From: Candidatus Bipolaricaulota bacterium | Lineage (GTDB): Bacteria > Bipolaricaulota > Bipolaricaulia > Bipolaricaulales > Bipolaricaulaceae | Reading direction: 5' to 3' | Assembly: GCA_027027485.1 (NCBI GenBank) | Contig: JALVLL010000131.1 | Span: 1-11,946 of the forward strand | Length of the DNA: 11,946 nt | In this document: positions 1 to 7,643 of the stretch, one piece after another | Position numbering within the stretch: the first letter of the stretch is position 1 | Layout of the letters: every line of letters starts with the position of its first letter | The notes under the pieces: model-generated | The model's input: only the letters and a program-made list of their open reading frames with translations | The model's database searches: none | Told to the model about the DNA's origin: nothing | Program-made: the position numbers and the translations under genes

Positions 1-2
1 CC

Positions 3-350
3 TTCCCGCTGCTCGGCCCCACCCCCGATGAGGGCCGGGCCAGGATCCTGGGGATCGTCCCCGAGCCGAGCTGTGGCTGTTATGTGACCGCCTGGTGCAC
101 GGTGGAGATCCTGCCGGCGTACGGCTGGTCCCCCTGTCCACCTTGCTGGATGGGCCCGTGTCCGCCCTGCCACGGTTGGTGGATGCCCCCATGTGCCTAC
201 CCCTGTGCTTGGGGCTGGTACATGGACGCGAGCGGGAACTGGTACACCTTCGTGGGCGAGTGTCCGGATAACGCCAGGATCTGCTGGTACTTCAAGGACG
301 GCCGCTGGCAGATGAAGTTCAAGCTCTGCTTCGGGAGCGGCTGTCCCTGA
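3..350 (+). CDS. 5'-partial CDS, open at the window start, ending in a Cys/Trp/Pro-rich C-terminal region (CPPC twice, then CAYPC; 11 Cys and 10 Trp in the last 88 aa). Function unknown.
   Basis: The frame starting at nt 3 has no stop codon until TGA 348-350. The start used by the ORF track at 84 is a GTG inside this open frame, not an ATG. Third codon positions upstream of 84 are about 85% G/C, matching the coding bias of the rest of the window. No signal peptide or known domain is recognisable in the visible part. Confidence 0.5.
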   Translation, partial: FPLLGPTPDEGRARILGIVPEPSCGCYVTAWCTVEILPAYGWSPCPPCWMGPCPPCHGWWMPPCAYPCAWGWYMDASGNWYTFVGECPDNARICWYFKDGRWQMKFKLCFGSGCP

Positions 351-378
351 AGGGATCGTGCGGCGCAAGGGCCCGCGG

Positions 379-406
379 GGAAGGGGGCTGACCTCAGCCC
401 CCTTCC
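379..406. terminator. Perfect 13-bp stem / 2-nt loop hairpin (GGAAGGGGGCTGA cc TCAGCCCCCTTCC) between two convergent genes. It is a likely intrinsic terminator for the + strand gene, with TCTTTC just downstream.
   Basis: I read the inverted repeat directly. It sits 29 nt after the stop at 350. A weak T-run follows on the + strand and none on the - strand. The stop codon of the - strand gene (394-396) lies inside the stem. Confidence 0.4.
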
Positions 407-867
407 TCTTTCGTGGCCGAAAGCAGTGCCTCCAGGGCGACCCCCCAGGACGCCAGGTACCTCTCCCAACGCGAAACGAAGATCCCCGATACGGGCCGGG
501 CGAGCTCCAGGGCCACCAGCCACTTGTCCGGTGGTCTCTTCATGCGCTTCAGGAAAAGCCCCCGGTCCCAGAGTGCTTCCTCGGGGAAGGGATCTATCCC
601 CCTCACCTCCCTGATCCCCGTCCCGGGCTCCAGCTTGAGGATGCTCCCCTCACCCTTGGGCCTCTTACAGGAGGCGATCAGGGCCTCCAGGGCCTCCCGG
701 AGCCTGTCGGCGCCGTGGAGGGGGATCTCGGCGGCCTCGATAAGCCAGAGCTCCCTCTCGGCCCGCTCCATCCTCCTGATCCTGAGGAAGTCCGGGGGGT
801 AGTACCCCGGAAGGGCCCGCACCCTCTCCCAACGCCAGCCGCGCCACCGCCAAAGGGGCATCTCCAC
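394..867 (-). CDS. Hypothetical protein, 157 aa, no family recognised.
   Basis: In the overlapping + strand shadow frame (358-930, a Pro/Gly/Arg-rich low-complexity translation) the first codon positions are about 85% G/C. These are the wobble positions of this minus frame, so the minus frame is the one with coding bias. The translation has normal globular composition (ELWLIEAAEIPLHGADRLREALEALIA...). No strong SD precedes the first ATG at 867, so the start is uncertain (an alternative Met is at residue 33). Confidence 0.5.
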   Translation of the reverse strand: MEMPLWRWRGWRWERVRALPGYYPPDFLRIRRMERAERELWLIEAAEIPLHGADRLREALEALIASCKRPKGEGSILKLEPGTGIREVRGIDPFPEEALWDRGLFLKRMKRPPDKWLVALELARPVSGIFVSRWERYLASWGVALEALLSATKEEGG

Positions 868-915
868 CGAAATTTTACATCGCCAAAAACATTCCCTCCC
901 CAGTGGGGGTTATCC

Positions 916-935
916 TCCCCTGACCGGTGAGGGGA
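916..935. promoter_or_regulatory. Imperfect 20-bp palindrome TCCCCTGACC|GGTGAGGGGA (9 of 10 positions pair) overlapping the SD and 3 nt upstream of the CPBP protease start. Candidate operator or RBS-sequestering hairpin.
   Basis: I read it directly. It sits in the 70-bp divergent intergenic region between the minus gene (start 867) and the plus gene (start 938). Confidence 0.25.
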
Positions 936-937
936 TT

Positions 938-1711
938 ATGTCGAAGGATTTCTGGGCCGAATTCGCGATTTTGGTCGGGATGGGCCTTTTCGGGATCCTG
1001 ACCATGGCCGTTTATCCCGCCCTGCAGGCGGCCTCCTCGCGGGAGAAAGTGAAGGGCATGCCCCTCCCGGTGATCCTCCTCCTGCAGCTCTTCTTCAACG
1101 GGGCGATGGTGACGGTGGCCTCCTTCCTCGGGTTGAAGGCGGCCCGGGGGCTCGGCCTCGGCGCCCCCTACCTGGAACGGCTCCTCGGAGTGGAATATCC
1201 CGTTGGGTACCCCACGGCTGCTTGGCTCCCGCTGGCCCTCGGCTTCGGTGTCGCCGTGGCGGCGATCTCCCTGGCGGTGGACCGCTTCCTGGGGCCCGCC
1301 ATCCTGGCCTCATTCTGGAGGAGCGCCCCCGCTTGGCAGCGGTTCCTCTTCGCCTTCTACGGGGGGATAACAGAGGAGATACTGATGCGGCTCTTCCTCC
1401 TCTCCGGGGTAGCCTACCTCTTGGTGAAGCTGGGGCTCGAGCGAGGGGCATCCCTCTGGACGGCCAACGCATCCGCGGCGCTCATCTTCGGGGCCCTGCA
1501 CCTCCCGACCGCCTCCCGGATCGCTCCCCTGAGGGGTCCCCTCGTGGCCAAAGTCCTTTTCCTGAACGGCGTAGCCGGGCTGCTCTTCGGCTACCTCTAC
1601 GTCGTATTCGGGTTGGAGGCGGCCATGGCCTCGCACTTCGCCGCCGACCTCCTCCTCCACGGGCTGGGAAGCATCGCCTTCGGCCCCGCCGTGGAGAAAC
1701 CCCCTGCTTGA
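938..1711 (+). CDS. CPBP family intramembrane glutamic metalloprotease (CAAX protease / Abi, PF02517-like), polytopic membrane protein.
   Basis: 257 aa and very hydrophobic. All three CPBP signature motifs are present in order: EEILMR (EExxxR), FGALH (FxxxH) and HFAAD (HxxxD/N). ATG at 938 follows GAGGGGA. Confidence 0.85.
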   Translation: MSKDFWAEFAILVGMGLFGILTMAVYPALQAASSREKVKGMPLPVILLLQLFFNGAMVTVASFLGLKAARGLGLGAPYLERLLGVEYPVGYPTAAWLPLALGFGVAVAAISLAVDRFLGPAILASFWRSAPAWQRFLFAFYGGITEEILMRLFLLSGVAYLLVKLGLERGASLWTANASAALIFGALHLPTASRIAPLRGPLVAKVLFLNGVAGLLFGYLYVVFGLEAAMASHFAADLLLHGLGSIAFGPAVEKPPA

Positions 1712-1718
1712 ACCCGCG

Positions 1719-3005
1719 TCACGGGTATACCCACACCGGCGTGGTGAACCTCAGGTCCCCGGCCTCGGTGCGGAAACGGAAGGCAGCCATAAAGGCGGTC
1801 CATCCCCTTTGGGGCCTCGATATCTCTGCCCGGAAAAGCCCGGGCTCGACCCGGGGAAGCGGCTCCCCGGCCCAAGTGTCGTCACGGAAGTCCCTGTCCT
1901 CGCTTTCAGCCACCCAGAGTTCCGCCTCGGCCGGGGGAGCGCTTACCGCGACCGATAGCGCTACCGCATCGGACCCGAGCTCTAGCCCAGCGGACAGGGT
2001 CGGGATACCGGTGCCCAACGCCACCGCCCGGGCGAAGGAAACGAGGCCCTCCACGGTCCAGTGGCTCTCCAGGAGCGAATGCCCCGCGTTGGGGATATAG
2101 AGGACCCACTTCGGGTCCGGTAGCCCCTCGAGGTAGAGGTGCAGTGCGGTGATGGGCCAGTAGGCATCGTTCGTACCGAGCATGATGAGCTTGGGCATGG
2201 TGAGGCGGAAGCGGTAGGTGTAGGGGTCCACCATCCAGAGGAGCCTGGCCATGTGGGGGTCCCCCATCACGTCGAAAAGCCCCTGGGCCACGTAAGGGGA
2301 AAGCTTATGGGAAAGCTTCCCCCAGAAGAACCGCTGGTGGGCGATCTGGGCGGGGATGTTGAGGATGTCGAAGACCATGGGGACTATCCCCCGCACGAGG
2401 TCCGGTTCCGCCGCGGCGGCGAGATACGTGGTCCAACCGCGCTTGGATCCCCCGGCGAGGATGAAGTCCACCCCTTCGGTCCCGATGAGCTCTGGGGCCA
2501 GGGCCTGGATCGCTTCCATGGCGGCCACCGCGGCCCGTGTCATGGGGAAAAGGAGGGGCCACTCCGGGTCGCCTTCCTCCAGATAACGCCGGAAGGTATA
2601 GGCTATGAGGGCGTCCTCCCGCAGCCCAAAAAGGGGCTGTACCGGCACATCGAACAGGACTCCCAGGGGCATCGCCAGGGACTCCGCCATCTGCACGCCG
2701 TAGAACTCGAGGCCGGGTTTATAGCTTCCGGTGATGAAAAGGACCACTGTATCCCTGGTCTCGGGCTCCGAGGGGAGGTAGAGGAAAAGCCGGTGTTCCC
2801 AGGGGATATCCCTCCACACCTGGGACCTCAGGGTGATCGGCTGGACCTCAACCCCGCCGAGCTCCTTCGGGGTGCCGAGCTCCCAGGAGGCCCCTCCGCG
2901 CCTCGCTTCGAGGTAAGAGAAGAACTCGCCCGGGAATTCCCCGGGGAACGCCGGGAAAAGCGCCACAGCGACCGCTAAGAAGGCGAACACCGCACGGGGC
3001 CTCAC
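1719..3005 (-). CDS. Secreted alpha/beta-hydrolase fold protein, probably of the PhoPQ-activated pathogenicity-related (PqaA, PF10142-like) family.
   Basis: 428 aa with an N-terminal signal-peptide-like segment ([23 protein letters not shown]). It has a nucleophile-elbow-like AGGSKRGW motif, and downstream GTNDAYW and NAGHSLL could be the Asp and His of a catalytic triad. I assigned the family from memory of that motif and did not search for it. The GTG start at 3005 overlaps the tpiA stop (GTGA). Confidence 0.75.
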   Translation of the reverse strand: MRPRAVFAFLAVAVALFPAFPGEFPGEFFSYLEARRGGASWELGTPKELGGVEVQPITLRSQVWRDIPWEHRLFLYLPSEPETRDTVVLFITGSYKPGLEFYGVQMAESLAMPLGVLFDVPVQPLFGLREDALIAYTFRRYLEEGDPEWPLLFPMTRAAVAAMEAIQALAPELIGTEGVDFILAGGSKRGWTTYLAAAAEPDLVRGIVPMVFDILNIPAQIAHQRFFWGKLSHKLSPYVAQGLFDVMGDPHMARLLWMVDPYTYRFRLTMPKLIMLGTNDAYWPITALHLYLEGLPDPKWVLYIPNAGHSLLESHWTVEGLVSFARAVALGTGIPTLSAGLELGSDAVALSVAVSAPPAEAELWVAESEDRDFRDDTWAGEPLPRVEPGLFRAEISRPQRGWTAFMAAFRFRTEAGDLRFTTPVWVYP

Positions 3006-3754
3006 GACGCCTCCTCGGCGATGGCGAAGAAGGAATCGGGATCGAGCGAGGCCCCGCCCACCAGAGCCCCGTCGATATCGGGGAGTTTCAGGAAATCACC
3101 GGCATTGCCCGGCTTCACCGAGCCGCCGTACTGGATCCTTACCTTCTGGGCCACATCTCCGAAGCGTTCCGCGAGCCAGCCGCGGATCGCGGTGGCCATC
3201 TCCTGGGCATCCTCGGGGCGCGCGGGGACCCCGGTCCCGATGGCCCACACGGGCTCGTAGGCGATCACCACCTGGGAGGCCTCCTCGGCCGAGAGGACGC
3301 CCAGGGCGGCGGAGAGCTGCCCCTCCACCACTTCCCATGCCCTCCCGGACCGCCGCTCCTCGAGCCGTTCCCCCACACAGAGGATGGGGGAGAGGCCTGC
3401 ATCCAAAACGGCCCTCACCTTCCTCGAGATGAACTCGTCCGTCTCACCGAAGATGTGGCGTCGTTCGGAGTGCCCCACGATCACGTAGGAGATCCCGTGC
3501 TCGATGAGCATCGGCAGGGAGACCTCCCCGGTGAAGGCACCCTTCGGCTCGGGATGGGCGTTTTGGGCGCCCCATTTGATGGGCGTCCCCGAGAGCTCCT
3601 CCCGCACCACATGAAGCGCCGTAAAAGGCGGGAAGATCACGAGCTCCACGGGGAAATCCCGGGGGACGAGCTCCCGGAACCTGCGGCAGTACTCCCGTGC
3701 CTCGGCCTGGGTCTTGTTCATCTTCCAGTTCGCCGCCACGATGGGGGTACGCAC
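3002..3754 (-). CDS. tpiA: Triosephosphate isomerase.
   Basis: The N-terminus [15 protein letters not shown], the GHSERR motif, and [11 protein letters not shown] with the catalytic Glu are all bacterial-type TIM. The true start is the GTG at 3754, preceded by GGAAAGGAGGAGAT. The ORF-track extension up to 4204 has no SD and overlaps the opposite-strand SPFH gene. The product is 250 aa. Confidence 0.92.
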   Translation of the reverse strand: MRTPIVAANWKMNKTQAEAREYCRRFRELVPRDFPVELVIFPPFTALHVVREELSGTPIKWGAQNAHPEPKGAFTGEVSLPMLIEHGISYVIVGHSERRHIFGETDEFISRKVRAVLDAGLSPILCVGERLEERRSGRAWEVVEGQLSAALGVLSAEEASQVVIAYEPVWAIGTGVPARPEDAQEMATAIRGWLAERFGDVAQKVRIQYGGSVKPGNAGDFLKLPDIDGALVGGASLDPDSFFAIAEEAS

Positions 3755-3769
3755 ATCTCCTCCTTTCCG

Positions 3770-3799
3770 TTGTCGTCTCCCGTTCACAGGGCTTATGAT
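3770..3799 (+). promoter_or_regulatory. Candidate sigma70-type promoter (TTGTCG, 18 bp spacer, TATGAT) in the divergent tpiA/SPFH intergenic region. An inverted repeat TCCCGTT(3778-3784)/AACGGGA(3800-3806) brackets the -10 element.
   Basis: I read the hexamers directly (4 of 6 and 5 of 6 matches to consensus). The position is about 160 nt upstream of the SPFH start. There is no experimental support. Confidence 0.2.
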
Positions 3800-3958
3800 A
3801 ACGGGAACTCCATCATGGGAAGGGGGAAGTCGGTGCCGGGGGAAAGGAGGCCTTCGGGAAGGGGCAGCCCGTGGTTCCAGATACTCATCTCGGTGTTGTT
3901 CGGCGCCGTCCTTCCCTTGGTAGCCCGGGATCTCCCTTCCCTCTTCAAGGGGGTACAC

Positions 3959-4723
3959 ATGAGCTTGATCGGGATAGCGGCCGTCGTGGCCATCGTCATC
4001 CTCTTCCTCGCGAGCGCCATAAAGATCGTGAGGGAGTACGAGAGGGGCGTGATCTTCCGTTTGGGGAGGCTCGTGGGGGCCAAAGGACCCGGGCTCTTTT
4101 TCATCATCCCCGTCGTGGACAAGATGGTGAAGGTGGACCTGCGTACCATCACCCTGGATGTGCCGCCCCAGGAGGTGATCACCCGGGACAACGTCCCCAT
4201 ACACGTGAACGCGGTGGTCTACTTCCGGGTGATGAACCCCACCGACGCCGTGGTGCAGGTGATGGACTTCATCGAGGCCACCCGCCAGATCTCCATGACC
4301 ACCCTGCGATCGGTCCTGGGCAAGGTGGAGCTCGATGAGATCCTCTCCGAGCGCGAAAAGCTCAACCAGGAGCTACAGCGGATCATCGACGAGCACACCG
4401 ATCCCTGGGGGATCAAGGTGATCACGGTGGAGATCAAGGACGTGAAGATCCCGCAGGAGATGCAGCGGGCCATCGCCAGGCAGGCCGAGGCAGAGAGGGA
4501 GCGCCGCTCCAAGGTCATCAACGCCGAAGGGGAACTGCAGGCCGCCGAGAAGCTCCGGCAGGCCGCTGAGATCATGCAGCGATCCCCCGGGGCCCTGCAG
4601 CTGAGATACCTGCAGACCCTCTCCGAGATCGCCACCGAGAACGCCACCACCGTGGTATTCCCCGTGCCCATAGATCTCCTCTCGGCCCTGCGCGGCCCGG
4701 GAAGCTCCCGGGGAGAGGGGTAA
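3959..4723 (+). CDS. SPFH/band-7 family protein, prokaryotic stomatin-like (p-stomatin type).
   Basis: It has an N-terminal TM helix ([22 protein letters not shown]), then [13 protein letters not shown]...GPGLFFIIP...VDLR...[15 protein letters not shown], then a C-terminal coiled-coil [10 protein letters not shown]. This is the classic stomatin/PHB domain. The start at 3959 has AAGGGGG 6 nt upstream. The ORF-track start at 3455 and an ATG at 3815 both lack an SD. Confidence 0.88.
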   Translation: MSLIGIAAVVAIVILFLASAIKIVREYERGVIFRLGRLVGAKGPGLFFIIPVVDKMVKVDLRTITLDVPPQEVITRDNVPIHVNAVVYFRVMNPTDAVVQVMDFIEATRQISMTTLRSVLGKVELDEILSEREKLNQELQRIIDEHTDPWGIKVITVEIKDVKIPQEMQRAIARQAEAERERRSKVINAEGELQAAEKLRQAAEIMQRSPGALQLRYLQTLSEIATENATTVVFPVPIDLLSALRGPGSSRGEG

Positions 4724-4734
4724 GGCCGAGGCCT

Positions 4735-5481
4735 ATGAGGATCTGCGTTTTGGGGAGCGGCTCCGCGGGGAACGCGGTCCTCGTGGAGGGGCCCAAGGGA
4801 TACCTCCTCGTCGACGCCGGCTTCTCGTGGCGGGAGATAAAGTCCCGGGCCCGGAAGGCGGGCTTCCCCCTTGAGGGAGTGGAGGCCCTGATCCTCACCC
4901 ACGAACACGCCGACCACGTACGGGGGCTTAGGACCCTCTACCGCCGCGGGACGGCCATCATCGCGAGCCCCGGGACCCTCAAGGCCCTGGGACACCGCTT
5001 CCGTCGAGCGATCCCCTTGAACGGCGAGGTAGAGGCCGTCGGGATCAAGGTCCGCTCCTTCCGGGTTCCCCACGACGCCGCCGAGCCGGTGGGGATCGTA
5101 CTGGAGGGAGAGAGGAAGGCAGTGGGGATCGCCACCGATCTCGGCGAGGCTCCGGGACGGGTGATAGAGGCCCTGGAGGGATGTGAGGCACTGATATTTG
5201 AGGCCAATCACGATCTCGAGATGCTCCTTTCGGGGCCATACCCATGGGCGCTGAAGCTGAGGATCCTGGGCCCTTTGGGGCATCTTTCCAACGACGCCGC
5301 GGGCTCGGCCCTGTCCCTCCTCGCCGAAAACGCCCGCCACGTCTTCCTGGCCCACATCTCCCAGGAAAACAACCGGCCGGCCCTGGCCCTGGAGACGGTG
5401 GCGCGGTACTTGGACCGCTGGGACGGCCACCTCTACCTCACCTACCCGGATCGTCCCGCCGCGCCCCTTGAGCTCGCCTGA
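4735..5481 (+). CDS. Metallo-beta-lactamase (MBL) fold hydrolase (YycJ/PhnP-like), 248 aa.
   Basis: The HxHxDH zinc motif THEHADH is present and the protein begins MRICVLGSGS (Rossmann-like beta-strand start). It is 11 nt downstream of the SPFH stop. Confidence 0.85.
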   Translation: MRICVLGSGSAGNAVLVEGPKGYLLVDAGFSWREIKSRARKAGFPLEGVEALILTHEHADHVRGLRTLYRRGTAIIASPGTLKALGHRFRRAIPLNGEVEAVGIKVRSFRVPHDAAEPVGIVLEGERKAVGIATDLGEAPGRVIEALEGCEALIFEANHDLEMLLSGPYPWALKLRILGPLGHLSNDAAGSALSLLAENARHVFLAHISQENNRPALALETVARYLDRWDGHLYLTYPDRPAAPLELA

Positions 5482-5494
5482 AACTGTGCGCCGG

Positions 5495-5523
5495 ATCGGC
5501 CTTCCGCCCCTTTGGCCTATAAT
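5495..5523 (+). promoter_or_regulatory. Candidate promoter with a perfect -10 TATAAT (5518-5523) about 55 nt upstream of the M20 peptidase start. The -35 is poor (ATCGGC at a 17 bp spacing).
   Basis: A perfect TATAAT is conspicuous in a 65% GC genome. It lies in the only sizeable gap (96 bp) of the 3959-8386 same-strand run. Confidence 0.3.
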
Positions 5524-5577
5524 TGCCCCGTATCCTTTCCCGACGAACCTTGGCCCCGAACGACGTTGGAGGCACGG

Positions 5578-6741
5578 ATGATCGACCCGGTGGAGTTAGC
5601 GGCGCAACTGGTGAGGATAAAGAGCCTTTCTGGAGGGGAAGGCGAGATCGCCGACTTCCTCGTGAAGACCTTGCGGCGTTTCGCCGCAGTGGAACGGGGC
5701 CCCCTGGGCGCGGTGATCGCCGAGATAAGGCGTGGCGAGGGCCCCACCGTCGTCTTCGAGGGGCATATGGATACCGTGCCCGCGGGGGACGAGGCCGCCT
5801 GGTCGGTGCCGCCCTTCTCGGGGAAGGAGGAGAAGGGCTATATCTGGGGACGCGGGGCCGTGGATATGAAGGGGGCCATCGCCGCCCAGATCGCGGCCGC
5901 ATCCTCCATGCGGGAACACATCAAGGGGACCCTTTACTTGGTGTACGTGCCCCTGGAGGAGTACGCCGAAGGGATGGTATTCGAGCGGGTACTGGACCTC
6001 CTCGATGTACCGGATCTCGTCGTTCTCGGGGAGCCCACGGACCTCAGGCTCGCCGTCGGCCACCGAGGGCGGGTCGTGATAAAGGTCCTGGCCAGGGGGA
6101 AATCGGCCCACGCCTCCATGCCGAAACTCGGGAAGAACGCCATCGGGGTCATGTTCCAGGAGCTCCCCAAGGCCATGTCCAGAAAACTCCCATCGGATCC
6201 CCTTCTCGGCCAAGGCACCCACGCGGTAACCTCCATCTACACTCCCACCTGGGGGCCCATCATCCCGGACCGCTGTGTGGCCGAGATCGACCGGAGGATC
6301 GTGCCCGGGGAGACCAGGGACTCGGTGCTGGAGACCTACAGGAACCTGGATCTCGAGGTGGCCATCGCCCGGGAGGAGCTCCGCTCTTACACCGGGGAGA
6401 CGATCACGGTGGAGCACTTTTACCCGGCGTGGTATTTCGATCCCTTCGAAGGATTCGTCCAGTGGGCCTGGCACGCCCTGGACCACCCCCCGTTCAAGGT
6501 CTGGACCTTCTCCACCGATGGCGTCGCCTCCGCGGGGATATATGAGCTCCCCACCATAGGCTACGGCCCCGGGGACGAAGCCCTCTCCCATCAGGTGGAC
6601 GAGCGGGTGTCGGTGGGGGATATCGCCCGGGCCGCCGAGGGATATAAAAAGCTCCTCAAGCGCATGGAGGACCTCCCCAAGGCCCTCATCAAGCGGGAGC
6701 CCCTGAGCCTGATCCAGCGTCCGGAAAGGGAAGACGTATGA
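5578..6741 (+). CDS. M20 family metallopeptidase / deacylase (ArgE/DapE-like), 387 aa.
   Basis: Contains HMDTV (metal His), GRGAVDMKG (metal Asp), LEEYAEG (catalytic/bridging Glu region) and KSAHAS (His). The ATG at 5578 is preceded by GGAGG 6 nt upstream, so I prefer it to the track start at 5512. Confidence 0.88.
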   Translation: MIDPVELAAQLVRIKSLSGGEGEIADFLVKTLRRFAAVERGPLGAVIAEIRRGEGPTVVFEGHMDTVPAGDEAAWSVPPFSGKEEKGYIWGRGAVDMKGAIAAQIAAASSMREHIKGTLYLVYVPLEEYAEGMVFERVLDLLDVPDLVVLGEPTDLRLAVGHRGRVVIKVLARGKSAHASMPKLGKNAIGVMFQELPKAMSRKLPSDPLLGQGTHAVTSIYTPTWGPIIPDRCVAEIDRRIVPGETRDSVLETYRNLDLEVAIAREELRSYTGETITVEHFYPAWYFDPFEGFVQWAWHALDHPPFKVWTFSTDGVASAGIYELPTIGYGPGDEALSHQVDERVSVGDIARAAEGYKKLLKRMEDLPKALIKREPLSLIQRPEREDV

Positions 6742-7643
6742 ACGGGGCCCTGAGCCTTCGGGGAGTGGAGAAGTCCCTCGGGGGAAGAACCGTCCTCAAG
6801 GGGATCTCCTTCGATGTCCTGCCGGGGGATGTGTTCGGGTATTTGGGCCCGAACGGCGCCGGGAAGACCACCACCATCCGGGTAATCCTGGGATTGCTTT
6901 CCCCGGATGCCGGCGAGATCCTCATCCTCGGCGAACGCGCGGACCGCGCCATCCGGAGGAGAATCGGCTTTGTCCTGGAGAACGACGGGATCATAGATGG
7001 GCTCACCGTAAAGGAGAACCTGGAGCTTTTCGCGAAACTCTACGGGATCATCGTGCGCGAGATGGGGGAAGTCCTCGAGCTCGTCGGGCTTGGGGGCAAG
7101 GAAAGGGAGCGGGCCGGGACGCTTTCCAAGGGGATGAGGCGGCGTTTGGCGCTGGCCCGGGCCCTGATCCACGACCCCGATCTCCTTATCCTCGATGAGC
7201 CCACCTCCGGCCTCGATCCCACCGGTCAGATCGAGATCCGGGAGCTCATCGTGGAGCTTTCCCGCCGAGGGAAAACCGTTTTCTTGAGCTCCCATAACCT
7301 GGACGAGGTGGAGCGGATCTGCAACCGGATCGCCCTCATCCACCGTGGCGAGATCGTCCTCCAGGGAGCCGTGGAGGAGCTCCGCCGCGGCGGAACCGGT
7401 TACGTGGCGGACCTTTCCTCCGAGCCCCCGCCCGAGGCCATCGAGATCCTGAGGGCTGAACCGGACCTCGGGTTCCTGGGACACCGCGGGAAGGAGCTCC
7501 TCTTCGACCCCGAGGGGGATCGGGGGATCCCGAGGATAGCCGAAGCCCTCTCACGCCTCGGCCTGGAAATAGAGGCGATCCGGAGGAGGAGGGCTTCGCT
7601 GGAGGAGATCTACCGCCGGGTCCTCGGGGAGGCGGAGGGGTGA
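6738..7643 (+). CDS. ABC transporter ATP-binding protein, ABC-2 exporter type, with an ~80-aa C-terminal extension.
   Basis: Walker A GPNGAGKTT, signature LSKGMRRRL, Walker B LLILDEPTSGLD and H-loop SSHNL are all present. The start ATG overlaps the M20 stop (ATGA), and the stop overlaps the permease GTG (GTGA). Confidence 0.92.
   Translation: MNGALSLRGVEKSLGGRTVLKGISFDVLPGDVFGYLGPNGAGKTTTIRVILGLLSPDAGEILILGERADRAIRRRIGFVLENDGIIDGLTVKENLELFAKLYGIIVREMGEVLELVGLGGKERERAGTLSKGMRRRLALARALIHDPDLLILDEPTSGLDPTGQIEIRELIVELSRRGKTVFLSSHNLDEVERICNRIALIHRGEIVLQGAVEELRRGGTGYVADLSSEPPPEAIEILRAEPDLGFLGHRGKELLFDPEGDRGIPRIAEALSRLGLEIEAIRRRRASLEEIYRRVLGEAEG

Noticed and set aside
84-350. The Cys-rich ORF as a complete 88-aa gene starting at 84.
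   Set aside because: The codon at 84 is GTG, not ATG, with no SD. The frame continues open to nt 3 with the same coding bias, so I report it as a 5'-partial CDS. A stand-alone 88-aa peptide remains possible.
358-930. 190-aa + strand ORF (Pro/Gly/Arg-rich) overlapping the minus-strand gene 394-867.
   Set aside because: Low-complexity translation typical of an antisense frame in high-GC DNA. Its first codon positions are about 85% G/C, which marks the opposite strand as the coding one.
1222-2978. 292-aa and 279-aa + strand ORFs (1222-2100, 2139-2978) and several 60-125-aa ORFs inside the CPBP and hydrolase genes.
   Set aside because: Low-complexity antisense or off-frame translations within genes that have clear motif support.
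3455-3958. Upstream extension of the SPFH ORF (422-aa version), with an alternative ATG at 3815.
   Set aside because: The extension up to 3754 overlaps the tpiA coding region and the divergent promoter region. Stomatin homologues start right at the TM helix, and only the ATG at 3959 has an SD.
3002-4204. 400-aa minus ORF (tpiA with a 150-aa N-terminal extension).
   Set aside because: The extension is Asp/Gly/His-rich shadow sequence overlapping the SPFH gene on the other strand. Canonical TIM begins at the GTG at 3754, which has a strong GGAGGAG SD.
4219-5430. 403-aa minus ORF antisense to the SPFH and MBL genes.
   Set aside because: Arg/Gly/Pro-rich with no motifs, fully overlapped by two well-supported + strand genes. 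Shadow ORF.
5523-6591. 340-aa + strand ORF and 331-aa minus ORF overlapping the M20 peptidase.
   Set aside because: Both are Arg/Gly/Pro-rich shadow frames. Only the 5578-6741 frame carries M20 active-site motifs.
6591-7484. 297-aa minus ORF antisense to the ABC ATPase.
   Set aside because: No motifs, and overlapped by a gene with full Walker A, Walker B and signature motifs.
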